NCBI GenBank assembly: GCA_050633305.1
Contig: JBOEGF010000018.1
Coordinates: 416,001-480,000 of the forward strand
Reading direction: 5' to 3'
Source: Nannocystales bacterium
GTDB lineage: Bacteria > Myxococcota_A > Polyangia > Nannocystales > Nannocystaceae
Length of the DNA stretch: 64,000 nt
Shown here: piece by piece, positions 40,509 through 49,390 of the stretch
Numbering within the stretch: position 1 is the stretch's first letter
How the letters are laid out: each line of letters begins with the position of its first letter
Notes under the pieces: model-generated
The model's input: only the letters and a program-made list of their open reading frames with translations
The model's database searches: none
What the model was told of the DNA's origin: nothing
Made by a program: the position numbers and the translations under genes

Positions 40509-40603
40509 CCGAACGGGTTGCACCCCCACCTCGCGCGGACTCCAAGACCGCGCATGGCTGAAACCCGCGGTCAGAATCGGCCACGTCGGTTTGACGCCCA
40601 CAG

Positions 40604-41515
40604 TTGTTGTTCATGAACATGATGATGGTGCGTCGCCTGCCACTGTGCATCGCGATGTCGGTGTGCGGATGTTTGAAGCCGAACCCTGAGTATCTCGGGC
40701 AAGGCGGGACGGGTTCGGGCGGCGTAGACGGTTCCGCGGCGACGACGGATACCGCGGGCACAGAAGCCACAACGTCTGTCCCGGTCGGCACCGGAGTCGA
40801 CTCCGCCAGCGCGGAGGGAGAGGGCACCGTGAGCGCGGGGACCGAGTCGACTGATTTGGCGGAATCGACCGGGGGAACGCCAGATACGACCGGCGGAGCG
40901 ACCGAGGTGTGTCCCGCTGGAGATGCCCTCCGCGTCTGTCTGAACTTCGATGCAGAGGCGGTATCGGACGTCACCGACCAGTCTGGCTCACGCCTATCCG
41001 GTGACGGCATTGGGGCTGCTCTCGTCGACAGCCCGTGGGGAGCCGCGTTCGAGTTCTCCGCAAGGACGCAGGTCGAGGTTGATTGTGCAGGCGAGTGTGC
41101 GGGCGGTTCGACGGTGACATTCGAGGCCAGGGTCGACCTCGATGAGGTTCCTGCCGCAGGTGGGCGCGCGGGCATCGTCGACAACAACGGGATCCTCGGC
41201 ATGTTCGTGACCGACGCCTTGGCGCTGCGACGTGTCTCGAACGATGGGACGCTCGAGGGAGGATGACTCCTGCCCGGCGAGTGGACTCATGTCGCCTGCG
41301 TGGCGGATGAGGAGACCCTCTTGGCGTACGTCGACGGTGTGAACGTCTCCGCGCTGCCGATCGAGCCGCTGGCGCGCAGCGCAAACCCGCAGCCGGTCGG
41401 GATCGGCAACAACGCCCCGCAGTTCGACGACGGCTTGGTGGGCGCCCTTGACCGGGTCCGGATCTGGGACGAGGCGCGGAGCGTCGAGCAACTGCTCGCG
41501 TCTTCGTCCCCGTAG
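40604..41515 (+). pseudogene. LamG-domain lipoprotein interrupted by one in-frame TGA (41264-41266)
   Basis: The frame continues past TGA as LLPGEWTHVACV...AYVDG...IG...GALDRVRIW, completing a LamG domain. Confidence 0.75.
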
Positions 41516-41549
41516 CGTTGTCGACGGTTTCCGGCGACCATGGGGTCCC

Positions 41550-42716
41550 ATGAACGCACTGTCCGGGAACTTCAACTACCCCACGGCCTATCGCATCGGC
41601 GCGGGTCGCCTCCGTGAACTTCCCGGTGCATGTGCCGAGCTCGGCATGGCGCGGCCGCTCGTCGTCACCGACCCCGGTGTTGCGTCTCTGCCTTGGTTCG
41701 ATGCCGCGATGAAAGGCCTGGAGGACGCAGGCTTGGGCAGGGCGGCGTTCAGCGATGTGCACCCGAACCCGACAGGGTCCGACGTCGCCGCGGGGGTCAC
41801 CGCGTTCTTGGAGGGCGAGCACGACGGCATCGTCTTGATCGGCGGCGGCTCGGCGATGGACGTGGGCAAGTCGATCGCACTCGTCGCCCGCAACCCCGGC
41901 GACGTGTTTGCGTACGAGGACGTGGGGGACAACTGGACCCATGCCGACCCTGCGAAGGTCGCCCCGATGCTCGCGGTCCCCACGACCGCTGGCACCGGGT
42001 CCGAGGTTGGGCGAGCCGGGGTGATCGTCGACGAACGCGACCACGGGAAGAAGATCATCTTTCACCCCAAGATGCAGCCTGGGTTGGTCATCGCCGATCC
42101 CGAGGTGACGCTCGGCCTCCCCGCGGGCCTCACCGCCGCGACGGGCATGGACGCGCTTGCCCACTGCTTTGAAGCCTTCTGTGCGCCTGGCTACCACCCC
42201 ATGGCCGACGGGATCGCGCTCGAGGGGATGCGCCTGGTTGCGGAATTTTTGCCGCGCGCTTTCGCGAACGGGAGCGACTTGGAAGCTCGGACCCACATGA
42301 TGATGGCGGCCTCCATGGGGGCGACCGCGTTCCAAAAAGGGCTGGGTCTGGTTCATGCGCTCAGCCATCCGGTTGGGGGGGCGACGGGCCTTCACCACGG
42401 CACGGCAAACGCGATCTTCTTGCCCTACGTCATGGTGTTCAACCGCGACGTGATCGAATCGCGCATGGAGCGATTGGCGGGGTTTCTTCAGCTTCCCACG
42501 CGCGGATTCGATGGGGTGATGGAGTGGATGTTGGCGTTGAGGTCGGACCTGGGTATGCCTCACACCCTTGCAGCTGCGAGCGGCTTTGATGCCGCGATGG
42601 CTGCGCGGCTCGCTCCCGCCGCTGTCGCGGACCCGTCGATGGGGACCAATGCGAAGCCTGCGGATGCGTCGCAGTGTGAGGCGGTGTTTCTCGCGGCGCT
42701 ATCCGGAACGCTCTAA
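41550..42716 (+). CDS. Iron-containing alcohol dehydrogenase
   Basis: GGGSAMDVGK, PTTAGTGSE, DALAH, HALSH, HHG. Confidence 0.95.
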   Translation: MNALSGNFNYPTAYRIGAGRLRELPGACAELGMARPLVVTDPGVASLPWFDAAMKGLEDAGLGRAAFSDVHPNPTGSDVAAGVTAFLEGEHDGIVLIGGGSAMDVGKSIALVARNPGDVFAYEDVGDNWTHADPAKVAPMLAVPTTAGTGSEVGRAGVIVDERDHGKKIIFHPKMQPGLVIADPEVTLGLPAGLTAATGMDALAHCFEAFCAPGYHPMADGIALEGMRLVAEFLPRAFANGSDLEARTHMMMAASMGATAFQKGLGLVHALSHPVGGATGLHHGTANAIFLPYVMVFNRDVIESRMERLAGFLQLPTRGFDGVMEWMLALRSDLGMPHTLAAASGFDAAMAARLAPAAVADPSMGTNAKPADASQCEAVFLAALSGTL

Positions 42717-42820
42717 CGTGGGGCGGCTCGCGCCATCGGCACGGGGATGCGTTGGGTCTACGCAAGTCCGGCTCCCGGGTCTATATTGTCGGCCTGGTGC
42801 GCCAAGGCGAGCGTCGAAAC

Positions 42821-44113
42821 ATGTTGCGGGCACTGTCGGGTCCGCTTGCCGGGGCCACCTTCGAGGTGGGCCCACGGGTGCTCATCGGTCGGATGGCAGC
42901 CTGCGACGTTCAGATCGTTGACGTCGAGGTTTCTCGCGAGCACGCGATGATCGTGACCCACGATCGCCAGCCCACGTTGGTCGATCTCGACAGCCGCAAC
43001 GGCACGTACATCGACGGCGAGCGAGTACAACGGGTTCCGCTCCAAGCCGGCGACAAGTTCTCGATCGCGGGTTCGGAGTTCATCTACGACCGTGCCGCGC
43101 CGATCAGCACCACGCCCGTGTTGTCCACGCAGTTTGGCGTCGACCCCTCCGCCCCGCGTTCGCGCAGCGGGCAGGGCGAGGCACATCCAACTCGGGAAAC
43201 CGCCTCGGCGAAGCCCACGCGGTCCGAGGTCGGGGCCGTCGATGAGCGGGACACACAACGTGCGATGGCTGCGGCCAAGGATGCTCCGCCGGTTCCTGCT
43301 CCCGTTGCAGATCCGGCCACTCCCTCGAAGCCCCCGGCCGTGTCTCGTCCGACGGTCCGCCTCGAAGCCGCCACGGCTCCCGCGGCGCCGACGGAAGCGG
43401 AAGACAAGGCCACTGTGCAGATTCGGGCTGCGAAGGGACCAACGGCGCCGCAGGCCGAGCATGCGGCTCGTGCGACAGCATCGCTCGCGGCACTCGCTGC
43501 GACGCCCAAAGCCCCCGAGCCGCCTCCTTCGTTCACGCCGCCGCCGGTCCCGACCGAGCGGGTCGCTACGGCGCGGGCGCCAGGACCGAGCAAGACCTCC
43601 CTCGGTGCCTACAATGGGGACCTGTTCAAGGACATCACCGCCTATCGGTCGTTTCGGCTCCAGCTCCAGCGCGGGGAGATGCCATCCGGCGAGGAAGTTT
43701 CCGCGATGATCGACCTTGAAGCGGAGCTCCGGGAGCCGGTCGAGACCGACCCGCGACGCGACGTCGTCACCAAGAGATTCTTCCGCCGGTTTCCGTTTGC
43801 CACATCCTTGCAGGCTCGGTTCTCGACGTCGGGGCGAATGGTCACCGCCGAGGGGACGACGACCAACCTTTCAGCGGACGGCCTTCAGTGCTCCTTGGAA
43901 CTCGGGAAGTTCTCTCCGAAGCCCGAGCAACTCGCGATGCTGGTGATCGAGCACGAACGCGATGGCGTTGAGGTTCGCTACTCGGTCACGGCGCGGGTGG
44001 TGTGGTCTCGCAACCGCGTCGCAGGGTTTGTGTTTGCCGGCGTGCCCAGCTGGAGCGAGCGGGGAGACTTCGACGACGTCGACACCGCGGTTCGGACCCA
44101 CCCGATGGCCTGA
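42821..44113 (+). CDS. FHA domain - Pro/Ala linker - PilZ domain protein
   Basis: FHA: IGR...VSREHA...DLDSRNGT. PilZ-like: KRFFRRFP and NLSADG...ARVVW...GFVF. Confidence 0.8.
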   Translation: MLRALSGPLAGATFEVGPRVLIGRMAACDVQIVDVEVSREHAMIVTHDRQPTLVDLDSRNGTYIDGERVQRVPLQAGDKFSIAGSEFIYDRAAPISTTPVLSTQFGVDPSAPRSRSGQGEAHPTRETASAKPTRSEVGAVDERDTQRAMAAAKDAPPVPAPVADPATPSKPPAVSRPTVRLEAATAPAAPTEAEDKATVQIRAAKGPTAPQAEHAARATASLAALAATPKAPEPPPSFTPPPVPTERVATARAPGPSKTSLGAYNGDLFKDITAYRSFRLQLQRGEMPSGEEVSAMIDLEAELREPVETDPRRDVVTKRFFRRFPFATSLQARFSTSGRMVTAEGTTTNLSADGLQCSLELGKFSPKPEQLAMLVIEHERDGVEVRYSVTARVVWSRNRVAGFVFAGVPSWSERGDFDDVDTAVRTHPMA

Positions 44114-44159
44114 GTTCGTCTCGGGCCTGGTCGCCCGTGCGCGAACGCTGGGCGGAGTG

Positions 44160-44693
44160 TCACGGGCGTCGAAGGGCGGCGGAGTGGGCGACGAACGATC
44201 CTGCTGCGGCCGGGTCATGGCTGAGCTCGAGGCTCACGGGGGTGTCCTCGTACAGCGCATCGACGACCGCATCGCAGACCTCGGAGGTGGCGCACCGGGC
44301 TCGGGTCTGCCCCACGAGTTCGAAGGTGGACGAGTCGACGCGCTCGACGAACTCCGGCGGAAGATCGATCTTGAACCGTGCGGTCTCGTCGACGGACTCT
44401 TCGGTGACGACCTCGATCAGATCGAAGCTCGGGATCTCTCCGGCGGCCGGGGCCACGAGCGCGCGGAGCTCGTACTCGGTTCCCCACTGATGCTCGAACC
44501 CGGCGATGTCGCGGGCGTGTGTGATGCCCGGCGGATCGCTCTGCACCACCCGGAGGCAGTAGCCGGGCTGCCCATCGGGGCAGGGTTCGCGAAAGTGATC
44601 GACACGTAGCGTGACCTCCTGCGGTGGCTCCAGATCACAGGCGGTCAGTCCGAGTGCGGTCAGCATGCCGAAGGTGAGTACGAGTCTGCGCAT
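44160..44693 (-). CDS. Lipoprotein, DUF4377-like
   Basis: Lipobox LTAC; 'PC......CL.V....IAGFE...G.EYEL'. Confidence 0.65.
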   Translation of the reverse strand: MRRLVLTFGMLTALGLTACDLEPPQEVTLRVDHFREPCPDGQPGYCLRVVQSDPPGITHARDIAGFEHQWGTEYELRALVAPAAGEIPSFDLIEVVTEESVDETARFKIDLPPEFVERVDSSTFELVGQTRARCATSEVCDAVVDALYEDTPVSLELSHDPAAAGSFVAHSAALRRP

Positions 44694-44713
44694 GGCGAAG
44701 TACCCACTACCTG

Positions 44714-44729
44714 TGCAACGCGTGTGCCA
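44714..44729 (-). promoter_or_regulatory. Sigma-54 (-24/-12) promoter for the DUF4377-like lipoprotein
   Basis: Minus strand TGGCAC-ACGCG-TTGCA, with consensus spacing, ending 20 nt before ATG 44693. Confidence 0.7.
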
Positions 44730-44893
44730 CGGTCCCGCGGCGCAGGCGAACACTCTCGGAGGGGGCCATCACAGCTGCTCTGCGAGGGTTCGAGGCGGAT
44801 CGCCCCAGCGCGGCGCTTGCCTCGGAACCGGACAGTGATGTCGCGACACGAGGCGACCCGTGGCGGCGCTGTCATGGCCGACGCCCGCCGGGA

Positions 44894-46786
44894 CTATCGC
44901 CGCGTAAAGGCGAACGCGGCGTTCTTCGAGCGCAGGGTCATGCCACGCGCGTCTTTGGACTCATCGAGGTTGAACATCACTCGGTTGCCGGAGTGGTCCT
45001 TGAAGAAGAACTGGCCCCGCCCCATTGGGTGCATCCATGTGAGTCCATGTCCGGGAACGTCGAAGTACAGCCGGTCTCCGGACGCACGCACATGCACCGT
45101 CTGCAGCATGGCGAACCGTTCTGGGTCGGTCAGTTCGGCGAAACGCGACCACGTGTCTTCCGTCAGCCGATACGTGCCCACATAGCGGTCGTACGTGCTG
45201 GGGGCGATCTTGACCTCGTGGGCTTCGCGACGGCGCTCGGGCTCGTCGCCGTAGACGAGCATCGCGACGTCTTGTGCAACGCGGCTCGCTGGCACGACCT
45301 CGGTGTTGCATAGGACCAACACGGTGGTCTCGTCCTCAACGAAGTAGATGAGTGACCCGTTGAAGCCATCGATGGCAGCGGGGAAGCTCAGGACCGTTTG
45401 GCCGTACCCATGGTCGACCGCGAGGCCGTACCCGTAGCCATGCTCGGACGCGCTGACCATCTCCTCAAGGCTAGAGGCTTCGAGAATCTTGCCGCCGTGC
45501 AGTGCTGCGTTCCACTTGACGAGGTCGGTTGGCGAGGACACCAAGCCACCTGCGCCCCCGAAGACCGACATGTGGATTGGGTCGGGCGGGTCGAGCAACT
45601 CTTCGTCGTTCCAGACCCGGCCGTGGGCTTGCTCTCCCGAGTCGTACGCGTCTCCGTATGTGGATTGCGTCATGCCCGCGGGCACAAACAGGTTGCGCCG
45701 AACGTAGTCGCCAAACGCCATGCCCGACGCCTTCTCAACCACCGCGCCGAGGAGGTAGTAGTTGGCGTTGGAGGGGCTGAAGTCGGTGCCGGGCTTGAAC
45801 TCGAGCGGGAGGGACGAGAACCGCCCGATCAGCTGCTCGGTCGTATGCGCCTCATCCTTCCAGGTGTGGAAGTAGGGGAGCGCGGTGTAGTTGGGGATGC
45901 CGGAGGTGTGCCGCAGCAGCTGCCCGACCGTGATCTCTTCGCCGCGGGGGTAGTTGGATACGAAGCGGGAGATCGGCTGGTCGAGCGAGAGTTCCCCGCG
46001 GTCGCGCAACTGCAGCACCGCCGCGGCCGTGAACTGCTCGGTCAGCAACCCCAAGCGGTACCGGGTACCGACGGTGTTCGGGACGGTGTCTTCGGCGTCG
46101 GCCCACCCAAAGCCTTGGCCCGAAATGATCTCACCGTGGCGAGCGACGACGATCGACCCATGGAACTTGAAGGCCGGGCCCCAGTCCGCGCCGTAGTCCG
46201 AGACGATGCTCGCAACCGACGTGGCGAGGTCGTCGGGAATCGGAGTCCCGGGGGTGCCGGTTTCGCGGAACTGCGGACGGCCGAGCGAGTCGGGCTCGGC
46301 GTACAGAGAGTCGGCCGTGTCGGGAGTGCCGTCCGTGGCGACAGCGGCGAGCGTGTCCGGGTAGGGGCCTGGGTCGAGCGCGTAGGCACCCGCACCAGCC
46401 AGGCCGACGCCGAGCAGAAGCCCTGCGGCGATCCGGCCCCACGGGCGCCGTGGCTGCACGTCGTCCAGACCCCCAACGTCTACCGAGGTACGGGACGTGG
46501 GGGAGGAGGTTGAGTCGGTCGACGCATCATCGGCGAGTCGAAGCTCAGACGACGTCTCCGCGGCCATCACCTTGGCGGCAAAGCTATCGCCCACCAATTG
46601 CTCGACCAGCGTCTCCATGGCGGGGTCGGAGCGCCACGCATCCAGGGCGTAGCCTTCGAGCTCGTCGAGGTCCATGGACATGCCCACGCCCGACTCGAGC
46701 GGAAGACCACCAAGGAGGTCCTGTGCGTCGGTCCCCTCTGGCTCCTGGCCGAGATCCGGGGTTTGAGGGTCGCCGTCCTTATGCAT
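44894..46786 (-). CDS. Membrane-anchored class C beta-lactamase/PBP-fold protein with degenerate active site and DUF3471-like tail; putative anti-sigma sensor
   Basis: Acidic N-terminus, one TM, then 'ITVGQLLRHTSGIP', 'PLEFKPG', 'GAGGLVSSPTDL', 'YVGTY'. Overlaps the ECF stop. Confidence 0.85.
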   Translation of the reverse strand: MHKDGDPQTPDLGQEPEGTDAQDLLGGLPLESGVGMSMDLDELEGYALDAWRSDPAMETLVEQLVGDSFAAKVMAAETSSELRLADDASTDSTSSPTSRTSVDVGGLDDVQPRRPWGRIAAGLLLGVGLAGAGAYALDPGPYPDTLAAVATDGTPDTADSLYAEPDSLGRPQFRETGTPGTPIPDDLATSVASIVSDYGADWGPAFKFHGSIVVARHGEIISGQGFGWADAEDTVPNTVGTRYRLGLLTEQFTAAAVLQLRDRGELSLDQPISRFVSNYPRGEEITVGQLLRHTSGIPNYTALPYFHTWKDEAHTTEQLIGRFSSLPLEFKPGTDFSPSNANYYLLGAVVEKASGMAFGDYVRRNLFVPAGMTQSTYGDAYDSGEQAHGRVWNDEELLDPPDPIHMSVFGGAGGLVSSPTDLVKWNAALHGGKILEASSLEEMVSASEHGYGYGLAVDHGYGQTVLSFPAAIDGFNGSLIYFVEDETTVLVLCNTEVVPASRVAQDVAMLVYGDEPERRREAHEVKIAPSTYDRYVGTYRLTEDTWSRFAELTDPERFAMLQTVHVRASGDRLYFDVPGHGLTWMHPMGRGQFFFKDHSGNRVMFNLDESKDARGMTLRSKNAAFAFTRR

Positions 46787-47459
46787 GGTAGACCTCCCCG
46801 AGCGCTTGGCGGAGTCGCTTGCGCGCCCGGTTGAGGCGCGACTTGACCGTACCCAAATCGATCCCTAGCGCGGCGGCGATCTCGGTGTACTCGAGGCCGT
46901 GATACTCGCGAAGGATAAAGGCGGCTCGGTACTCCGGGGCGAGCTCCTCGACGGCGCGAGCGATGACGTCCGCCAACATCTTGCGTTCGGCGGATTCGTC
47001 GGCGCGGGCCCGGGCTTCGAGGTGGGAGGCCGCTGGGCTCTCGAGAGGACGGGTGTCGAGTCTGCGGCGGCGAAGCTCGTCAATGGTGCGGTGGGAGGCG
47101 ATCGTCAGGATCCACGTGGACAGCCGCGCGGGGCCATTGCGGTCGAACTTGGGAAGCGCGCGGAATACGCGGAGGAAGGTCTCCTGGGCGACATCTTCGA
47201 CGAGCGCTGCTTCGCCGCGCCCCCGAAGCATGCGGGAGACGAGGGCGAGCACCGGTCGCTGGTAGCGCTCGACCAGAGCTCGTCGGGCTCGCGAGTTCCC
47301 GCGCTGTGCGCTCGCCACCGTGAGCTCGTCCAGCTCGGGGTTACGCGGCGGTTGCGGGCGGCGCGGGGGCATCGCTTGAACCTGATGAGCCGGGGTCAAC
47401 GCCTCTGGTTCACGGCGCGGCGGGCTGGGTGTTCCCGCTTTGAGCACAAATGTGTCCAT
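46779..47459 (-). CDS. ECF sigma-70 family sigma factor
   Basis: EDVAQETFLRVFR...LSTWILTIA; LEYTEIAAALGIDLGTVKSRLNRAR. Start is 47459 or 47372. Confidence 0.93.
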   Translation of the reverse strand: MDTFVLKAGTPSPPRREPEALTPAHQVQAMPPRRPQPPRNPELDELTVASAQRGNSRARRALVERYQRPVLALVSRMLRGRGEAALVEDVAQETFLRVFRALPKFDRNGPARLSTWILTIASHRTIDELRRRRLDTRPLESPAASHLEARARADESAERKMLADVIARAVEELAPEYRAAFILREYHGLEYTEIAAALGIDLGTVKSRLNRARKRLRQALGEVYHA

Positions 47460-47565
47460 GAAGGTCGAAGTGGGGCGGTTCGAAGGCGAGCCTCAGACGT
47501 AGGAAACGTGATCTGGACTCGCGGTTCGCGCAAATCAAGCTGGTTTCGGTATCCTGCGCCGGCCC

Positions 47566-49323
47566 GTGAGCACCCGCCAAGCATGGAGCGCTGTTGGCCT
47601 GCTGGCGTTGATGCTGGTGCTGTTGAGGCTCCCGACCCTCGACACCGGGCTCCACATGGACGACATCGCCCAGCGCGCGATGGTGGACGGCGCCTATCCA
47701 GCAGCGCGTTCCCCGTGGGACCTCTACACGTTCTCGACCGGGGAGGTGCAGGAAGTCGCCGGGCTCAAGCGAGCTGGGGCGCTCCCGTGGTGGTCGGACC
47801 CACAGCTACGGCTGAGCGCCCTTCGACCGCTCGCCAGCGTGTTGGTTTGGGTCGACGCGACCATGCTCGATCCCAAGGCCGCACATGTGCACTCGCTGCT
47901 GTGGTGGTTGGCGATGTTGGCCGCGCTTGGCTGGGCGCTCGTACCGATCCTTGGCGGGCGGTGGGCGTGGCTCGCGATTGCGTTGTACGGCCTCGATGAT
48001 GCGCATGCCCTCCCGCTGGCGTGGCTTGCGAACCGTGCCGCAATCCTCAGCGGCGCGTTCGGGTGGGTGGTGCTCGGGTTGTACGTGCGTGCTTCCACGG
48101 GGCGGACATCACCTCGCACGGCGTGGCTCGCCGCGGCGACGATCGCCTGCGTATCCGCGGGGGAGTACGGCTTGTCCGCGCTCGCGTACGTCGGCGCTTA
48201 CGCGGTCGTATTGGATCGCCGCCCCTGGCAAGCGCGACTACGTGCCGTGGCACCCGTGCTGATCCCTGCTGGCGCTTACCTGGTGTTGCATCGTGTCGGT
48301 GGGTTTGGGGCGGAGTACTCGGGCGTCTACATCGATCCGGCGGCCGAACCGATGGCGTTCGCCGGAGCGGTGTTGGAGAGGAGTCCTCGGTTGCTCCTCG
48401 ACATGGCCACGGGGATCCCGTTGCTCTTGTTGGAGGGATGGTCGTTGGCCGGGATTTGGGCGGTTGCGATCCTCGCGGTCGGCGGAGGGGGGCTGCTCGT
48501 CCGGTGGTTGCATCCGCAAGCTGATCGCCGCCGTATCGTCGTGTGGGCTCTGGTCGCAGCGGTCGTTGCTGTTGTCCCTGTCTGCGCATCGTTTCTCTCG
48601 GAGCGACTCACGGTGCTGGCTTCGGTGGGGGTTCACGTTGTGAGCGCGGCAGTGTTGCTCGGTGCGTTGGAGAGAATCTCCGAGCGCAGACGCCACGCGA
48701 GTACGGTCGTCGCCGGGGCGGTGACGGTCGGGTTGTTGTTCGGGCACGTCTGGGTTGCGCCGCATTCGTCCGCCGCGAAGGTGGAGGCCCTCACACGCTT
48801 CAACGCGGCTGGGCTTGCGCTGGCCGAAGCGATGCCGGTGGATGACGTTCACGCCCGCGAAGAACGGTGGGTCTTGCTCGCGGCCGGGGATCCGATGATG
48901 CTCGTGTACCCGCCGCACCTACGAGCGATGACCGGCCATCCGCGGCCCGAAGCGTGGACGGTGCTTACGCTCGCGAGCGGTCCGCTGTCGATGAAACGCA
49001 TCTCTCCGGTTGCGCTCGAGATCACGGCAGCGTCCGGGTGGATGCAGACCCCGCTCGAACGCTTCTTTCGCCGGAGTGACCGTCCGCTGCGTCTGGGGGC
49101 GCGTGAAGGGTTCGATGGAATGCAGGCCGAGGTGACGCAGGTCGAGGAAGGAGTCCCCAAGACCGTTCGCTTTACGTTCGATCGACCGCTTCACGACCCG
49201 AGCCTGCGCTTCATGAGCGTGGGCATGCGGGGGGTGTTTCGGTACCCATTGGCGGGGAGCGGAGCCACCATGCCCCTCGCTCGTGGTGCGGACGCCATCG
49301 CCGCCGCGGCAGGAATCCCCTGA
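47566..49323 (+). CDS. Polytopic membrane protein, GT-C glycosyltransferase-like
   Basis: First TM followed by a DD motif (GLHMDD), RPL, WLANR, many TMs and a periplasmic C-terminus. Confidence 0.6.
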   Translation: MSTRQAWSAVGLLALMLVLLRLPTLDTGLHMDDIAQRAMVDGAYPAARSPWDLYTFSTGEVQEVAGLKRAGALPWWSDPQLRLSALRPLASVLVWVDATMLDPKAAHVHSLLWWLAMLAALGWALVPILGGRWAWLAIALYGLDDAHALPLAWLANRAAILSGAFGWVVLGLYVRASTGRTSPRTAWLAAATIACVSAGEYGLSALAYVGAYAVVLDRRPWQARLRAVAPVLIPAGAYLVLHRVGGFGAEYSGVYIDPAAEPMAFAGAVLERSPRLLLDMATGIPLLLLEGWSLAGIWAVAILAVGGGGLLVRWLHPQADRRRIVVWALVAAVVAVVPVCASFLSERLTVLASVGVHVVSAAVLLGALERISERRRHASTVVAGAVTVGLLFGHVWVAPHSSAAKVEALTRFNAAGLALAEAMPVDDVHAREERWVLLAAGDPMMLVYPPHLRAMTGHPRPEAWTVLTLASGPLSMKRISPVALEITAASGWMQTPLERFFRRSDRPLRLGAREGFDGMQAEVTQVEEGVPKTVRFTFDRPLHDPSLRFMSVGMRGVFRYPLAGSGATMPLARGADAIAAAAGIP

Positions 49324-49390
49324 GCCCGTGCAGCACGGGCACGGGGCCCCGCGCGGCTTCTCCTGCGGACTGTTAGAGTTGGCGAGCGCG

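Noticed and set aside
41264..41266. Selenocysteine codon
   Set aside because: Not in a redox motif, no convincing SECIS hairpin, and a LamG loop position; nonsense mutation or error is more parsimonious.
44894..46786. Active beta-lactamase resistance gene
   Set aside because: The catalytic Ser, Lys and Tyr positions are substituted.
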